DNA from: Callorhinchus milii
Taxonomy: Eukaryota
DNA length: 64,000 bases
Direction of reading: 5' to 3'
Assembly (NCBI RefSeq): GCF_018977255.1
Contig: NW_024704742.1
Location: 121,956,001 to 122,020,000, forward strand
The first letter of the stretch is position 1. Every line of letters begins with the position of its first letter. Shown one piece after another: positions 12,375-25,296 of this stretch. A program made the translations under genes and the position numbers. Under the pieces are notes generated by a model. That model saw only the letters and a program-made list of their open reading frames with translations, searched no databases and was not told the origin of the DNA.

Positions 12375-12780
12375 TAATTCTTACATTTTATATGGCACTT
12401 TTCATGTTGGGAGGATGTCTCAAAGCGCTTCACAGCATGTACTGTAAAGTGCAGTGACTTTTATTTTGTGGGTGAAAGCGGCAACTAATTTGCACAGAGC
12501 AATACCCCACAAACAGCCATGGAGGGATTGGCCAGGGCACCAGAATTCTCTTCTCTTTTCAAAAAGTGCCACAAGATCTTTAACGTCCATCTGAACAGGC
12601 AGGTTAAATGGGTTAAATGTCTGATCCGAAGGATGGCACCTCCAACAATTCAGCGTTCTCCCAAGACTGAATTAACGTATGAACCTAGACTATATGAGTT
12701 CCACATCTTCCCGATGTGGGGCTGGAAACCATAACTTTCTGACTCAGAGGCTACAGTGCTACCAACTGAGCCAGTCTGAC
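12375..12780 (-). mobile_element. DeuSINE (SacSINE1-like), near full length
   Basis: Reverse complement begins GTCAGACTGGCTCAGTTGGTAGCAC (tRNA-like head), followed by Deu core and tail. Confidence 0.82.
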
Positions 12781-13829
12781 AATGGATAATTCAGATCAAT
12801 GTACTCTTTCACAGTTTTTTGATAGCTGGGTGTCTGAAACATACAGAATCTCATCATCATGCTTTAAGAGTATCCAGATCAAACTGAAAATTCCAGATGT
12901 GCATGCTACGTGCGCACAGAAGTTTCTTGTGTCTAGAATGGAATCTTTAATCTGTGGCCATATTAACCCTCCTAAAACAACTGAATCTCCTATGCATTAG
13001 CACCATGTCCTCTCTCGAAGCCTTCCTTAGCAGCAAATGACCTGTTGACTCCAACTTGCTCCAGGCTCTTAGAATTTGTGCCTGGCAATTGGAAGCTGGT
13101 CAAATCCTCACATAGTGTCAGTAAATTTAGATAGGATATCTATACCAGGATAACCACAGACCTTGTGGTGATCAACCAAGAACAGCATTGTCTTGGGAAA
13201 TGCTCACTAATTACCTCACTCGGGGAGGCAACTGCTGAGAGAACAGAATGAGAAAATAATAAAAAAAAATCAACTTTGAGCAGCCAATACTGTCAGAAGA
13301 GACTGTTAGAAGCAAATGCCATATTTCCTAAAGTAAAGTAACTGCAAATTCAAACCACATGCAGCTTTAGAGGTTTCAGATTACAAAAATAAACATTTAC
13401 TACAACTTCAAGCCTGATTTTCGAACAATTTTGTAAATTAATAAAACTGTGCTTAAGTATTTTGAGTAAGTATAATTTGAGAGAAATTACTCCTGGGTAG
13501 AGATGTATGTGAAGTATTTTAGAGTATCCAGAATGTGGCAAATTGTTGTCTTAACTTTGAAGAAGTTTTTCTATAGTACTTAAAATAACTTATTTGTTAA
13601 AGTATATATGTATATTGCATGGTATCTGACGAAGTAAGTTTAAATACTGGCGATGCAAGGGTTAACATAGGAATATAGGAGAAGATAAAAATAGGAATAT
13701 TTAACCCATCAAATCTGTTCCACCAATTAATTAGATTTTAGCAGATCTTTTAATCCCAAAGCACCACATTTTCACCATACACATTTTTACCTCTACTGTC
13801 CAAATAAGTCTCCACCTTCACCTTTTAAA

Positions 13830-14192
13830 GCCAGTAGCATAGTTGTTAGCACATTCAGCTTGCAAGCAAGAGGATCCAGATTCGATTCCAAGGCAGGGCG
13901 AAACCTTAGGCAAGTTTCCTTACTCCACGTGCCTCTGTTTACCTAGCAGTAAATACGAACCTGGTAGTTAGTCAATTGGGTTAATGCTTTCTGTGGTAAT
14001 AATCCCATCAAAAAAATAACTTGGACAGTCAATCCATGACTGTGTGTGGGACACTGCTGTGTACAGTTGGCTGTTGTGTTTCATCCACAAAATATACTGT
14101 CAATTCACTTTACAGTATATTCTGTGAAGCACTTTGAGATGTCTCGACGACATGCTAAGGCACTAGATCAAATGCAAGGATTAATATTATTA
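13830..14192 (+). mobile_element. tRNA-derived SINE, long variant, diverged
   Basis: Head with GATTCGATTCC, internal GCCTCTGTTTACCTAGCAGTAA segment, shared body and tail. Confidence 0.9.
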
Positions 14193-15058
14193 CGCATATT
14201 TACTCTATTCTGGGAGAGATGATGTGGAGTATTATTTAAACTATAGGCTTTTATTCTGTCTATGCTCAAAGACAGACAGTCAAATGGGGGGAGGGGGGGG
14301 TTGTGAGTGTTGTGACAATACATCAGATGATAAGCATTTGCAGAATCCTGCCTATTCTCTTTTCAGGACTAACTATCAAAGCAAGCAGCTCAATTTAATT
14401 GACCCTGGCCTTTCAAACTGCGGCTCCAGTTCGTTACTAATTTATTCTACTCTTATCCAACGCCTGATTACATCTCTCACAACACTTGATATTGATGCCA
14501 TTTACAGGGTTATTTTTTACACCAGTCCAGATGGAGCATTATGTTGGAAAAACAACAGCATTGAGAAATCTCTCCACTGTGTCCATCCAGCTGTCATCTT
14601 GTTTATCTGCGATCACAACGGGGGAAAAGTAAAATTCAAAGTACTGAAAGTACTGTATTAAATGGTGCCAAAGTATAAAAATTCCTCGGAATATAGCATT
14701 TGGCAGACTTTGAAAGGTGTTTCTGAAATAAAATGGAACCCATTAAAGTAATGTATATGATCTTAATCAATTCAGAAGGAAATTTAGTGACAGACAGAAG
14801 GGTGTGTATCTATGGGGATGTAAATCTGAAATATAAAAGCCATTACGAAAGATGCTTATTATTCACTGTTCAACGTTCTTGAAATTGTGAACAAATTCCT
14901 CAACTTGATTGAATCAAACTGAATGGAGGAAAATTAAACCCTGCAGGTGCATGTCACAGCTCATTTTTTTAGTCAGTCAGCTCTCTGTGGAAACCCATCA
15001 CCATGCTTAAAAGTATCCAAACCAGGCTGAATGTTTCACATCTGATTGCCATCTATTG

Positions 15059-15442
15059 TGGAGTCCTGTAGTTTAGTGGTTGAGCTCACACCTCGCAAGC
15101 GAGAGGACCTGGGTTTGAGTCCCAGGCACGGCAAAACGTTTGGCAAGTTTCCTTACTCCACCCGCCTCTGTTTACCCGGCAGTAAGTAGGAACCCGGTCG
15201 TATGTTGATTGGTGGATCACTTTTCTGAGGGTAATAATTCCTTTCCAAATAATAATAATAATGATTTGGTCACTCAATCCACGACTGTTTGTGGGACACC
15301 GCTGTGCGCAATTGGCTGCCCTGTTTCGCCAATAAAATATACAGTCAGTTGACTTTACAGTATATTCTGTGAAGTTCTTTGAGACATACAGAAGATGTGA
15401 TAAAGCGCTATATCAAATGCAAGGATTATTATTATTAATATT
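15059..15442 (+). mobile_element. tRNA-derived SINE, long variant, full length
   Basis: GGAGTCCTGTAG head through (ATT)n tail. Confidence 0.95.
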
Positions 15443-16204
15443 ATCTACACATGGAAATTTCCCCGTCTCCCTGAGGCTTTTAGGAGGAGGAGGAAGGTGT
15501 CATTCCCTCTAGTTCTCGTTCTCCTATTCCCTCCTTTTTAACATCTTCATTGCACTTATCTTCGGCCCCTTCTCTCCTCAAGTATGTCATTGCTCCTTTG
15601 TGCTAACTCTAAGGTACAGATCGAAGCCTCCTCACAAACAGGTGACGACCTTGAGTCTGAAAGATAGAAGGACATTGGAAAGTTTCATTCACAATCCAGA
15701 GATACCCTATTGAAGATGATTGTGGAAGCTAGTACTGGTCTACAGCTTTAATCCAAATTCTCTTCAGTAACACAATGACATAATTCCCTAACACTCCTCT
15801 CCCTCTTCGGTATGAGTGGAACTGTGTCCTGCTCCACCGTCCCCATTTGCTGTAGTTGGAGTGGACTTCTACTGTCCCTCCCTATATTTGCTGCAGCATC
15901 TTCCTCTGAAATAAAGCAGTTACGGTCATTAATGTCTCCATTGTATTACTCATCCTTGTCGTGGACACATGCAGCATTTGGGTGTTAGAACAAGACGTCC
16001 TGAACATCATCCTTGTTCAGTTCATCTTACCTTCAGCTCATTGAAAACCATTCTGATCTGTACCCACATTTAAAACCTACGCAAAAACAGCTTGATATTA
16101 TGAGGGAAGAAATAGGGTGGGTATTCTGCAACGATGAGATAAAATGGGCAAAGCTTCATCCAAACCAATCTTATACCGGAATAGTTGATGTATTTAAAGT
16201 GGTC

Positions 16205-16662
16205 ATCCAAACTCCGCTCCCCGATTACCCCAGTCCTTGCCAGACTGCACTGGCTGCCTATCCCAAAGAGGATCAACTTCAAGATCCTCACCTTTGTCTT
16301 CAAATCCCTCCACTCCTCTGCACCCCCCTACCTCTCTGACCTCTCTCCTCACAACAGTGCCCTTTGCCTTCGCTCCACCGGATCTGGCCTCCTCCTTGTC
16401 CCCCGAATCCTCCACTCCACCATCGGCGGCCATGCCTTCAGCCACTATGCCCCGAGGCTGTGGAACTCCCTTCCTCACTCCCTTCGCCTCGTTCTCTCTC
16501 TTCCTATTTTCAGGTCTCGGCTGAAGACCTTTCTTTTCGACCGCGCCTTTGGTCACTTTCCTCCCCCTCCCCCTGGCTCGGCCCCAGGATCCGTTACTGT
16601 GAAGCGCTCTGAGACGCCATACGGCGTGGAGGACGCTTTATAAATCCAAGTTGTTGTTGTGG
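16205..16662 (+). mobile_element. L2-clade LINE 3' fragment, second subfamily
   Basis: [31 protein letters not shown]...APRLWNSLP...RLKTFLF; distinct tail AGCGCTCTGAGACGCCATACGGCGTGGAGGACGCT followed by (TTG)n. Confidence 0.93.
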
Positions 16663-17639
16663 TTATGTGAATCCACAAAACATCATACAGTGGAATACAT
16701 TAGAATTTAGAAGAATGCATTATAAGGGGAGAGGCACAGGCTCAACTTAACCTAATATTTATAAGTGAGGATGAATGCAGCACTGTTTGAGGATGAATGA
16801 TCATTATCGGAGTGGATATTCTCATTGATGTTAACCACACAGCAACCGTTAAACTCATTGGCAACAGGTTTTCCTTCACTTTGAACTTGCCATCCAGCTT
16901 TAAGATTAAGAGCCACTAGAACCAATAATTAAAGGGGTGGATTGTGAGAAAACCACCCACGTGAAATTTTCAAATACAGGAACAAACCTTAAGAGGTATT
17001 GATGGTATTAGGACCTGTTATATTAAATGCGCTCATATTCCTCTGTTGAAGCAGCTTTTGATGTTAATTAATTTGAAGATGCCACACCTGAAACAGGAGG
17101 CTAATGACCCTGTCCGTAGAATGTACCATCCAAGAACTAACTATCTGTTTTTTCTGACCGTATTTACCCTTTTCGTAGTGACCTCTGTATTTCCATTGAC
17201 TTGCCATTAAAGTGTAAAGTGCCCCCAAAGTGCAAGAATTTTGTGAGGGGAAGTTAAGTGAATATGGAAGATTTCAGGAGAATTCCTTTTAAATTTGCAA
17301 GATTCAAACTATAAGTAAGTCAAATATAGAATTGTTATAACAATAAAATTATTTTATTATTGCTAAGTAGTTAAATAAGTCATAATCATTGTGTTTGATG
17401 TAGCAGACAATAGGATCCCGGTCAGGAAAAGTGCACCCCCCCCCCCCCCAAAACATTTGCATTAGTTTGGGTGAGTCCATGTTCGATTTATTTGATTGAT
17501 GGCCTAAATCATGAAATATTCAATCAAGAACAGTCACCACTGGTCTATAGTCTCTGAAAGTACTTCACCTTTTTGTAAAGCACTGTAACACAGCAGTCAA
17601 TTTGAACACAGCAGTATCTACAAACAGTAATGAAGTGAA

Positions 17640-19780
17640 TAGCCTCTCCGTCTCAGACCATCACTTCATCTCCCTTAACTCGTCAATACCTCTCCCCACC
17701 GCCACTTAACCCATCTCCACCTCCTACCGCCCCTGGAAAAAAATCTCCCCCCCACCTCAGCTGCCTTCGAGTCATCTGAACTCCATCCCCTCTGGGCGTC
17801 CTCGCGCAATGACTTATCCTCCTCGGTTACTCTTCTCCACAGTTCCCATTCCTCCCCACTCTTGATTCCCTCGCTCCCCTCTCTTCCTGAAACATCTTCT
17901 ATTCATGTAAATCACCTTGGTGCACCGCTCCCTTAAAGCACAGACACGTTCCGCTGAGCGCACCTGATTTAAATCAAATCTAACAGTCCATCGGCAGATC
18001 TGGCTGGTCCATATCAAATCCTACCGTGCCGCCCTCGATTCTGCGAAATTGTCGTTCTATCCCAAGACAATCTTGGAAGCTAAGGACAACCCCAGGCTCC
18101 TCTTCCCCATCACAAACCGGCTCCTCCGCCCACCCTCTGATGCCTCACCCATCCTCACCTCAAATGCCAACTGCGAGACAATGCTGGACTTCCTCGAATC
18201 TAAAGTTGAGGGAATCCGCTCAGCTGCCTCTGCCACTGCATCTGCTACCCCTTCCCCATCTCCCCTTCCCACCCCGGTCCCTACCCATCCTCCCTCCACA
18301 CCTTTGAACCTGTCTCCCCCTCCTCTCTCGTTACCTCCATAATCTGTATGAAACCGACCACCTGCTCCCTCGACCCCATCCCTATCTCTATCTTTACCTT
18401 CCAGCTCCACCTCCTTACTCTACTCACTGATATTGTAAAACTCTCCCTGTCCTCTGGTACTGTTCCCACACCACTAAAAACCTCTGTCATCACGCCTATC
18501 CTTAAAAAACCCTCCCTGGACCCTTCTCTACTCATTAACAACTCCAATCTCCCCTTCCTCTCCAAGGTGCTGGAACGAGTTGTTGCTTCTCAGCTTTGCT
18601 ATTTCCTCTCCCGTCATTCCCTTCTCGAACCTCTCCAATCGGGTTTCCTTGCCGCCCACAGCACAGAAATCACCCTGGTCAAAGTGACAAATGACATACT
18701 GTTCATCTGCGACCAGGGCTCCCTCTGCCTCCTCGTCCTCCTTAACCTCTCTGCTGCTTTCGACACTGTCGACCACTCTATCCTCAGCCACCACCTCTCC
18801 TCTTACCTCAACCTCCGCGGATCTGTCCTTGACTGGTTCAGATCGTATCTCTCACACCGCCTGCACTTCATCTCCACAAACGGTTTCTCCTCTAGCCCCC
18901 GCACCATCTTGTGCAGGTTCCTCAGGGCTCTGTCCTTGGTCCCCTCCTCTTCAATATCTGTATGCTCCCTCTTGGTGACATCATCCGCAGACATGGGGTC
19001 AACTTCCACGTGTAAGTGGATGGCACTCAACTCTAGCTCTCTGCTTCCACCCTTGACTCCAGGACCACTGCTGTCCTGACAGAATATCCGTCAGACATCA
19101 AGTCCTGGATGAGAGCTAACTTTCTTCAGTTGAACGTCAACAAGACCGAGGCCCTCCTGATTGGCTCCCGTCAGCACCTTCTCACCTCAGGTACTGACAG
19201 CATCACCATCCATGGTTCCATTTATAGAGCGCTTTCACGTCAGGAGGACGTCCCAAAGCACTGGACAATTAGGTCAGGACCCGAGCAGGGGGGAAATTCG
19301 TGGGTGCACACTCCACCCTTGAAATTCGTGGGTGCACACTGCACTCTTGCTCCCCCCTACCTCTGCAAACTCCTTATCCCCTACCATCCTGCTCGCTCCC
19401 TCCGCTCAGTGGTCTCCGGCCTGCTTCATGTCTCCCTCCTCGCTCACTTCACTATTGACGGGCGGGCCTTCCTCCAGTCTGCCCCCATCCTCTGGACCTC
19501 CATCCTGCAGTCCCTCCGCCTCGGCCCCTTCTTTGACACCTTCAAGACCCATCTCAAGACCCTCCTCTTCGACCTTGCTTTCGATCTCCCTGCTTCCCCC
19601 CACTGCCCTCCACTCTCCCTGACCCTGACCCTCAGCTCGGATCCATAACTCTGTCTGTCCAGCGCCTTGGGACGTCCTCACAGATCATGCCGAGAAATCT
19701 GAAGCCCGTGTCCTCTCCCGTAATAGGCTCCGCGACCCTATCACCCCCATCCTTGCCCAACTCCACTAGCTTCCCATCAT
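17640..19780 (+). mobile_element. Longest L2 copy: endonuclease C-terminus, RT and 3' UTR; pseudogenized and rearranged
   Basis: SDHHFI at about 17653; KPTTCSLDPIP, SNLPFLSKVLER, QSGF, LSAAFDTVDH; frameshifted VPQGSVLGP (about 18916-18943); YADD destroyed (HV*VDG at about 19007-19024). Confidence 0.95.
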
Positions 19781-19840
19781 TTTACAAATGTTGTTTTGTT
19801 GTTTATCTAGAATGTTGTTGGCCAGTAGAAACCAGATTGT

Positions 19841-20212
19841 TGGAGTCCTGTAGCTCAGTGGATAGAGCACTCGCCTCGTAAGCGAGAGACATGTTTTGGT
19901 TTCCTGACAGGTGAAACGTTGGGCAAGTTTCTTTACTCAACACGCCTCTGTTTACCTAACAGAAGTAGGAACCCGGTTGTTAGTCGATTGGCGGATTGCT
20001 TTTCCGGGGTTTATAATTCTTTAAAGAAATAATAAATTTGTCACTTCAATCCACGACTGTTTGTGGGACACTGCTGTGAGCAATTGACTGCCGCATTTCG
20101 CCCACAAAATACACAGTCAATTCAGTTTATAGTATATTCCGTGAAGCGTTTTGAGGCGTCTGCGAAACGTGATAAGGCGCTATATCAAATGCAAGGATTA
20201 TTATTATTATTA
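19841..20212 (+). mobile_element. tRNA-derived SINE, long variant, full length
   Basis: TGGAGTCCTGTAGCTCAGTGG head through (ATT)n tail. Confidence 0.95.
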
Positions 20213-20424
20213 CTGCACTCTCGTTTCAAATAATGCCAAGACATTCAAACAAGAAGACATAATTATAACAATCCGTGCATTTGGTATGGTGCCTCTCACA
20301 TAAGGAGGACAACCCAAATTGCTTTATAGGATATAATAATAATAATTATTATTATCGTTAGTGTAATAATATACTGTAAAATGGAGTGATTATGTTTTCT
20401 GTGGCGAACACAGCAATTTGAGTT

Positions 20425-20600
20425 CCATTAGAGATGCAAAGGGCAATTTCAGGACAGACACCAAGACATTTTTCTTTACCCAGAGGGTATTTAATCACTG
20501 GAACAGATTGCCAGGAAGGGTGCTCAAGGCTGTGACATTGGACTCATTTAAAAAATCAGCTTGATGCTGTGATGGGAGAACAGTAGGGAACCCATAGCCT
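20425..20600 (+). mobile_element. Old CR1-like 3' fragment
   Basis: TTTACCCAGAGGGTATTTAATCACTGGAACAGATTGCCAGG (FTQRV..W N.LP motif); homologous to 47030-47160. Confidence 0.75.
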
Positions 20601-20897
20601 TCAGACTTGGAGATTATATCCCACCAACTGAGCCAGACTGACAGGAATGTCAAAAGTAGCATGTGTCGAAAGGAAAAAAAAATTAAAAGAAAATTAAAAT
20701 GCAGCACAGAAAGAACATGAAGAAAAAGTAAAAGTGCCAAAAATGAAGAGAACTGGGAAATGCATTTCAACAGATTTTATGGGAAAGAAAAAACAATGTC
20801 TTCAGGCATAAAGATTAGAGAGGTTAAACTGGGGGAAAGCAAAGTTTTTTATACGATAGAAGACCAATAGTTCTGATCAAGCAACTATAGGAGGTAA

Positions 20898-21180
20898 GTA
20901 ATAATATAATCCCTCCAAAAAACAAAACAATAATAAATTGGTCATTTTCAATCCATGACTGTTTGTGGGACACTGCTGTGCGCAATTGGCTGTCGTGTTC
21001 GCCCACAAATATACAGTCAATTCACTTTACAGTGTGTTCTGTGAAGCGCTTTGGGACGTCCTCCCGACGTGAAAAGCGCTATATCAAATGCAAGGATTAT
21101 TATTAATATTCTGTGAAGCGCTTTGGGACGTCTAGAAGACGTGAAAAGCGCTATATCAAATGCAAGGATTATTATTATAA
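20898..21180 (+). mobile_element. 5'-truncated SINE with two tandem tails
   Basis: Body, CTCCC-loop tail, then a second TAGAA-loop tail at about 21106-21180. Confidence 0.93.
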
Positions 21181-21239
21181 GTAATGCCTTGAAATCAATG
21201 GAAGAAAAAAAGAGGAATAGTTGTTCAAATTGGAGCGCT

Positions 21240-21970
21240 TAACTATTCATTGGATGGCAGGGCCAAATGGAATGAATCCAAGCGTGTTCAAAGAAGTGAG
21301 AGATGAAGAAGTGAGTACTGTGGCAGGATTGCTTTCACAGATCATTGGATACAGGTGTGGTAACAGAAAACTTGACATAAGCTGTTAGTTTAATCTTATT
21401 TTCAAAAGAAAACCTGCAAAGCATAATCCTGGGAACTTGAGATCTGTGTGCATTTGACATCTATAATGGGGGCAGTCTAGAAAATTGGGCCTAAAATAGA
21501 GTAAGCAATTCAAGCATATTTAACAAGTATGCTCCAAACACATGTTAACGGCTGCTTATGCCTGGCAAGTTTATTGGAATTATTTTGAGGATTTAACAGG
21601 AATAGTGGTGAATAATGGTGACCATATCTTGAAAATAACTGAATATATCCATCACGAGCAACTCTTAGTTATAGTAAAGCTCAATTTTCCACCCTGTCAA
21701 AGAAAGTAGCAATTTGTAATATGAATTGGCTAGAAAATAAGAAGCATAGAGTAGTCATTGATAGGAGTAGTCTTGCTTGAGCAGCTTGCTTCCTATTAAC
21801 TTATCAATTCCCGAGACCTCTGCCAGGCTTGATGTTGACGAATGGTCTTGATGAGTGTACTTAAAAGTAGTTTGAGGATGATATAATGATGTGTAAGAGA
21901 GTAGGATATTCTTTTTTGGAAAATGGGTAAAACTGAATGAGCAATGGACTAATTGAGGTAACGAATGAGC
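21240..21970 (+). mobile_element. Very old CR1-like ORF2 relic
   Basis: Degenerate GP.G..P..., IFK...PGN...V.LTS and W..NWL..K.RVVI motif order, colinear with 53700-54250. Confidence 0.55.
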
Positions 21971-22254
21971 ACAACTCCATCCCAGAGTCCCTTTGACTTG
22001 TTCCCTCCCTCACCTCGTTCATGATCAGTCACTGCGCTTTCTCCTCCCCAGCCTCCTTGAACCATACCTCCTGCTTGGGTGCCAAGTCATTATTATTGAG
22101 TGCATTGGGGCATCCTCCTGATGTGAAAGGCACTCTAGAAATGTCAATTTGTATTGTATTAGCATTTTACCTCTGGCCTAGGTTAATATTCACCCCAGCA
22201 ACACAGCCTCCACTGTCTGATAGGTGTGTCTTACCTGAAATGTGTTGGGTGTTT

Positions 22255-22420
22255 TCTCTTTGACCGTGCCTTCAGCTCTCTACCCCCTCCTCGCTCCTTC
22301 CCTTCCCTCCCCTCACCCTGACCATTTCCCCCCTGCTCAGGTCCTGACCCAACTGTACAGCGCCTTGGGACGTCCTCCCGACGTGAAAAGCGCTCTATAA
22401 ATGGAATCTTGTTGTTGTTG
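22255..22420 (+). mobile_element. Young L2 3' end (UTR and tail)
   Basis: CAGCGCCTTGGGACGTCCTCCCGACGTGAAAAGCGCTCTATAAATGGAATC followed by (TTG)n. Confidence 0.9.
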
Positions 22421-22849
22421 TGGGTGTTTGCAGTCAGCAGCAATTCCTGGTGAGAACAGGTTGGACTTAATTCGCTTAGAAGAGCAACAGAATAGCTGGT
22501 GTGGGAAGTAGAAAATGTCAGGGTATTCTTCTGACATGCATGAAATGCATTGTTGTAAGTGGCTACTGATGCTGAGGCCATGATCAGATTTAAAAGAGAA
22601 GAGGTAAACATTTGAAGAATAAAAATGTGAAAAGGTATAAAGAAAAGAGCAGGGAGATCGGTATTAGAGTAGAAAGCTTCATCGGAGGAGATAGCTTCTG
22701 CATGAATAGCCTTCTATGCTATAATTTCTATAACGAGAGAGCTTTACTCTGAATTGTACTTGACTGAGGAGTGGTGTGCAGTGCAGTCTTAGAATGAATT
22801 TTTCATGGAAGGCTGATAAATGCAATACAATAATTAATAAGAAAGATAA

Positions 22850-23201
22850 ATAATAATGATCCTCGCATTTAATATAACTTCTTGTTTTCGAGACGTCTCA
22901 AAGCTTTACAGAATATACTGTAAAGTGAACTGACTGTATATTTTGTGGTGAACGCAGCAGCCAATTGCACACAGCAGTTTTCCACAAACAGTCGTGGATT
23001 GAGTGACTAATTTTTTTTTAAGGAATTATTACCCCCAGAAAAGCGATCTGCCAATTGACTAACGACCGGGTTCCTACTTACTGCTAGGTAAACGGAGACG
23101 TGTGGAGTAAGGAAACTTGCCCAACATTTTGCCCTGCTGGGATCAAACCCAGGTCCCTCCCATGCGAGGCAAGTGCTCTAACCATTGAGCTACTGAACTC
23201 C
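22850..23201 (-). mobile_element. tRNA-derived SINE, long variant, full length
   Basis: Reverse complement of head, internal segment, body and tail. Confidence 0.94.
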
Positions 23202-23526
23202 ACATTTTACATTTATATAAAGTCAGGATGATGTCTCAAAGTGCTGGTTGGGCACCCGAGCTGGGTAGATGCATTGGGAGAGAGTTTGGCCACCACACCT
23301 AACAATTTATACTCTTAAGCATGGCGATGAGTTTCCACATGTGTCAGACACCCGGAATAAAAGAACAACAGCATGTATGAGGTTGAAGGGAATAGGGAGG
23401 CATATGGGAGGGAAACAGGGAGAAAGGATTAGGATGGGTGGAGGCGCATGTCTTGTATAAACACACACACCAGTTGAGCCAAAAGGCCTTTATCAGTGCT
23501 ATACAGTCTGTTATTCTGTTTAGTGT

Positions 23527-23945
23527 GTCAGTCTGGCTCAGTGGTAGCACTCTCACCTCTGAGTGAGAAGGCTGTGGGTTCAGAACTTGGAAACATATAG
23601 TCTAAACTGACACTCCAATGCAGTGCTGGGGCGGGGTTGTCAGAGATGCCATCGGATGAGACATTAAATCAAGGTTCCATTTGCCTGTTCAGGTGGATGT
23701 TAAGGATCCCATGGCACTATTCGAAAAGAAAAGAGTTTCTCCTGGCCAACAAATTCCCCAAATGAAATCAGTCAGTCACTCAACAGCTGTTTGTGGGGCG
23801 TTGCTGTGTTTCGCCCAAAAAATGCACAGTCAAACCACTTTACAGTACATCATTTGAAGTGCTTTGATAAGTCTCAACAACATGATAAGGTGCTTTATCA
23901 AATGCAAGGATTATTATTTATTCCTATTATTATCATCATTATTAT
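23527..23945 (+). mobile_element. DeuSINE (SacSINE1-like), near full length
   Basis: TGGCTCAGTGGTAGCACTCTCACCTCTGAG head; CTGACACTCCAATGCAG...GGATCCCATGGCACTATTCGAA core; tail. Confidence 0.88.
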
Positions 23946-24373
23946 CTGTTATGAAGGATTATGTGGACTACACCAGACATTGAGCCTTTAAAATGGTACG
24001 ATGAATACACAGGTGGTATCTGTTCAATGATTCCTGAAATCTCAGCCTGTTTTAAAGGATTATTTCATAAAATGCAGCATACATTTACATGATTATAATC
24101 CTAGTAAGGCAATGTTCCAGTGCAGGAGAAATTAGTTCTCTCATTCATATTTGAACCTGCCTGCAAGTCCAGACCTATGCAAGACATAATCCTGGAAGAG
24201 ATTAGTGTCACCAATAGTATTTACAATAGAACCCCAATACACTGCACAAATTCATGGCACTACCAGTTGAAATCTCATTGGATTCAATTCAGCTGAATCT
24301 GTGGATTCTCTTCTTTCTGGTGAAACTGTAAGTTCTCTTCTCTTTTTCTGCTTACGTTGAGTGAGAATGACAG

Positions 24374-24488
24374 GTAATAATAATAATAATAATCCTTGCA
24401 TTTGATATAGCGCTTTCCACGTCTTCTAGACGTCTCAAAGCGCTTCACAGAATAGACTGTAGAGTGAATTGACTGTATATTTGTGGGT
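24374..24488 (-). mobile_element. Young SINE 3' fragment (TAGAA loop)
   Basis: (AAT)n CCTTGCATTTGATATAGCGCTTT...GTCTTCTAGACGTCTC. Confidence 0.9.
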
Positions 24489-25296
24489 ATCTTATAGTAC
24501 TACAAAATTTTCATTTATATAGGCCTTTCATGTTTGTAGGATGTCTCCAAACCTTTCAATTTAATCACAATGGATTCATCGCAAAGCGAATTTCAACTTA
24601 ATTAACAAGTGTTCTCTCTGCTTGACCCAAGGCAAATTTTCTCATGTATTGGGATGAAAAGTGTGACTATCAGAGCAATTTTAATCTGATATCACATTTT
24701 ACAAAACCGTGCATTTTTCACCCCGATTGGCTGCCTTTTCACAGCACTGTGTTCTGAGATGGTAGTTGCAGGTTCTACAAATGTCCAAAAGGCTCTCTTG
24801 CTTTGCGATTGATCAGTAGAAGAGATTCAGGCATTTTTTATTTAAAAAANGAACAAAGTCCTGTAATTCTATTGCAATATTCAGCAATTTTATGTTGCGC
24901 AAAACAAATTTAATTAGTAACCAGAAGTGTTTTTTTCAAAAAATGTGAGCTTCTATTAATTTGAAAAGGCCTTTGAAATGGGCGTTTGTGAGCCGATTGC
25001 TGAAATAGGATTTTATGGTACTATTGAGAGCCTCCTGTATTTACAGTTTGTTGACATTTGGCTTAACAGCTGTCACTTCTAACTAACGTTTTGCAAAGGT
25101 GCACCTCTGCAAACAGATCCTAATTACCAAGAGCTACAGCTAACGTAATAAAAACCAAGTTAATTATGTCAAATTCACAAAGTGCAGCAAGCTGACTGAC
25201 CTTTCAAAACAGCATTACTAAGCATGAGTGAAGAATCCTGTTTTGCAAAATTGTTGCAAACTTTTTGAAATTTCCATGGTTTGAACTCTGTACTTG

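Noticed and set aside
14224..14661. 145-aa ORF in unique sequence
   Set aside because: No domain similarity, spans a G-run, non-ATG start and no convincing splice signals.
18348..19079. 243-aa ORF as a functional reverse transcriptase or domesticated gene
   Set aside because: Frameshift before the PQG motif, stop codon in place of YADD, internal deletions: a dead L2 copy.
24254..24333. Hydrophobic mini-ORF MALPVEISLDSIQLNLWILFFLVK with GTAAGT donor (NCAM1-leader-like)
   Set aside because: Phase 2, weak exonic donor context (ACT|GT), acidic N-region; likely chance.
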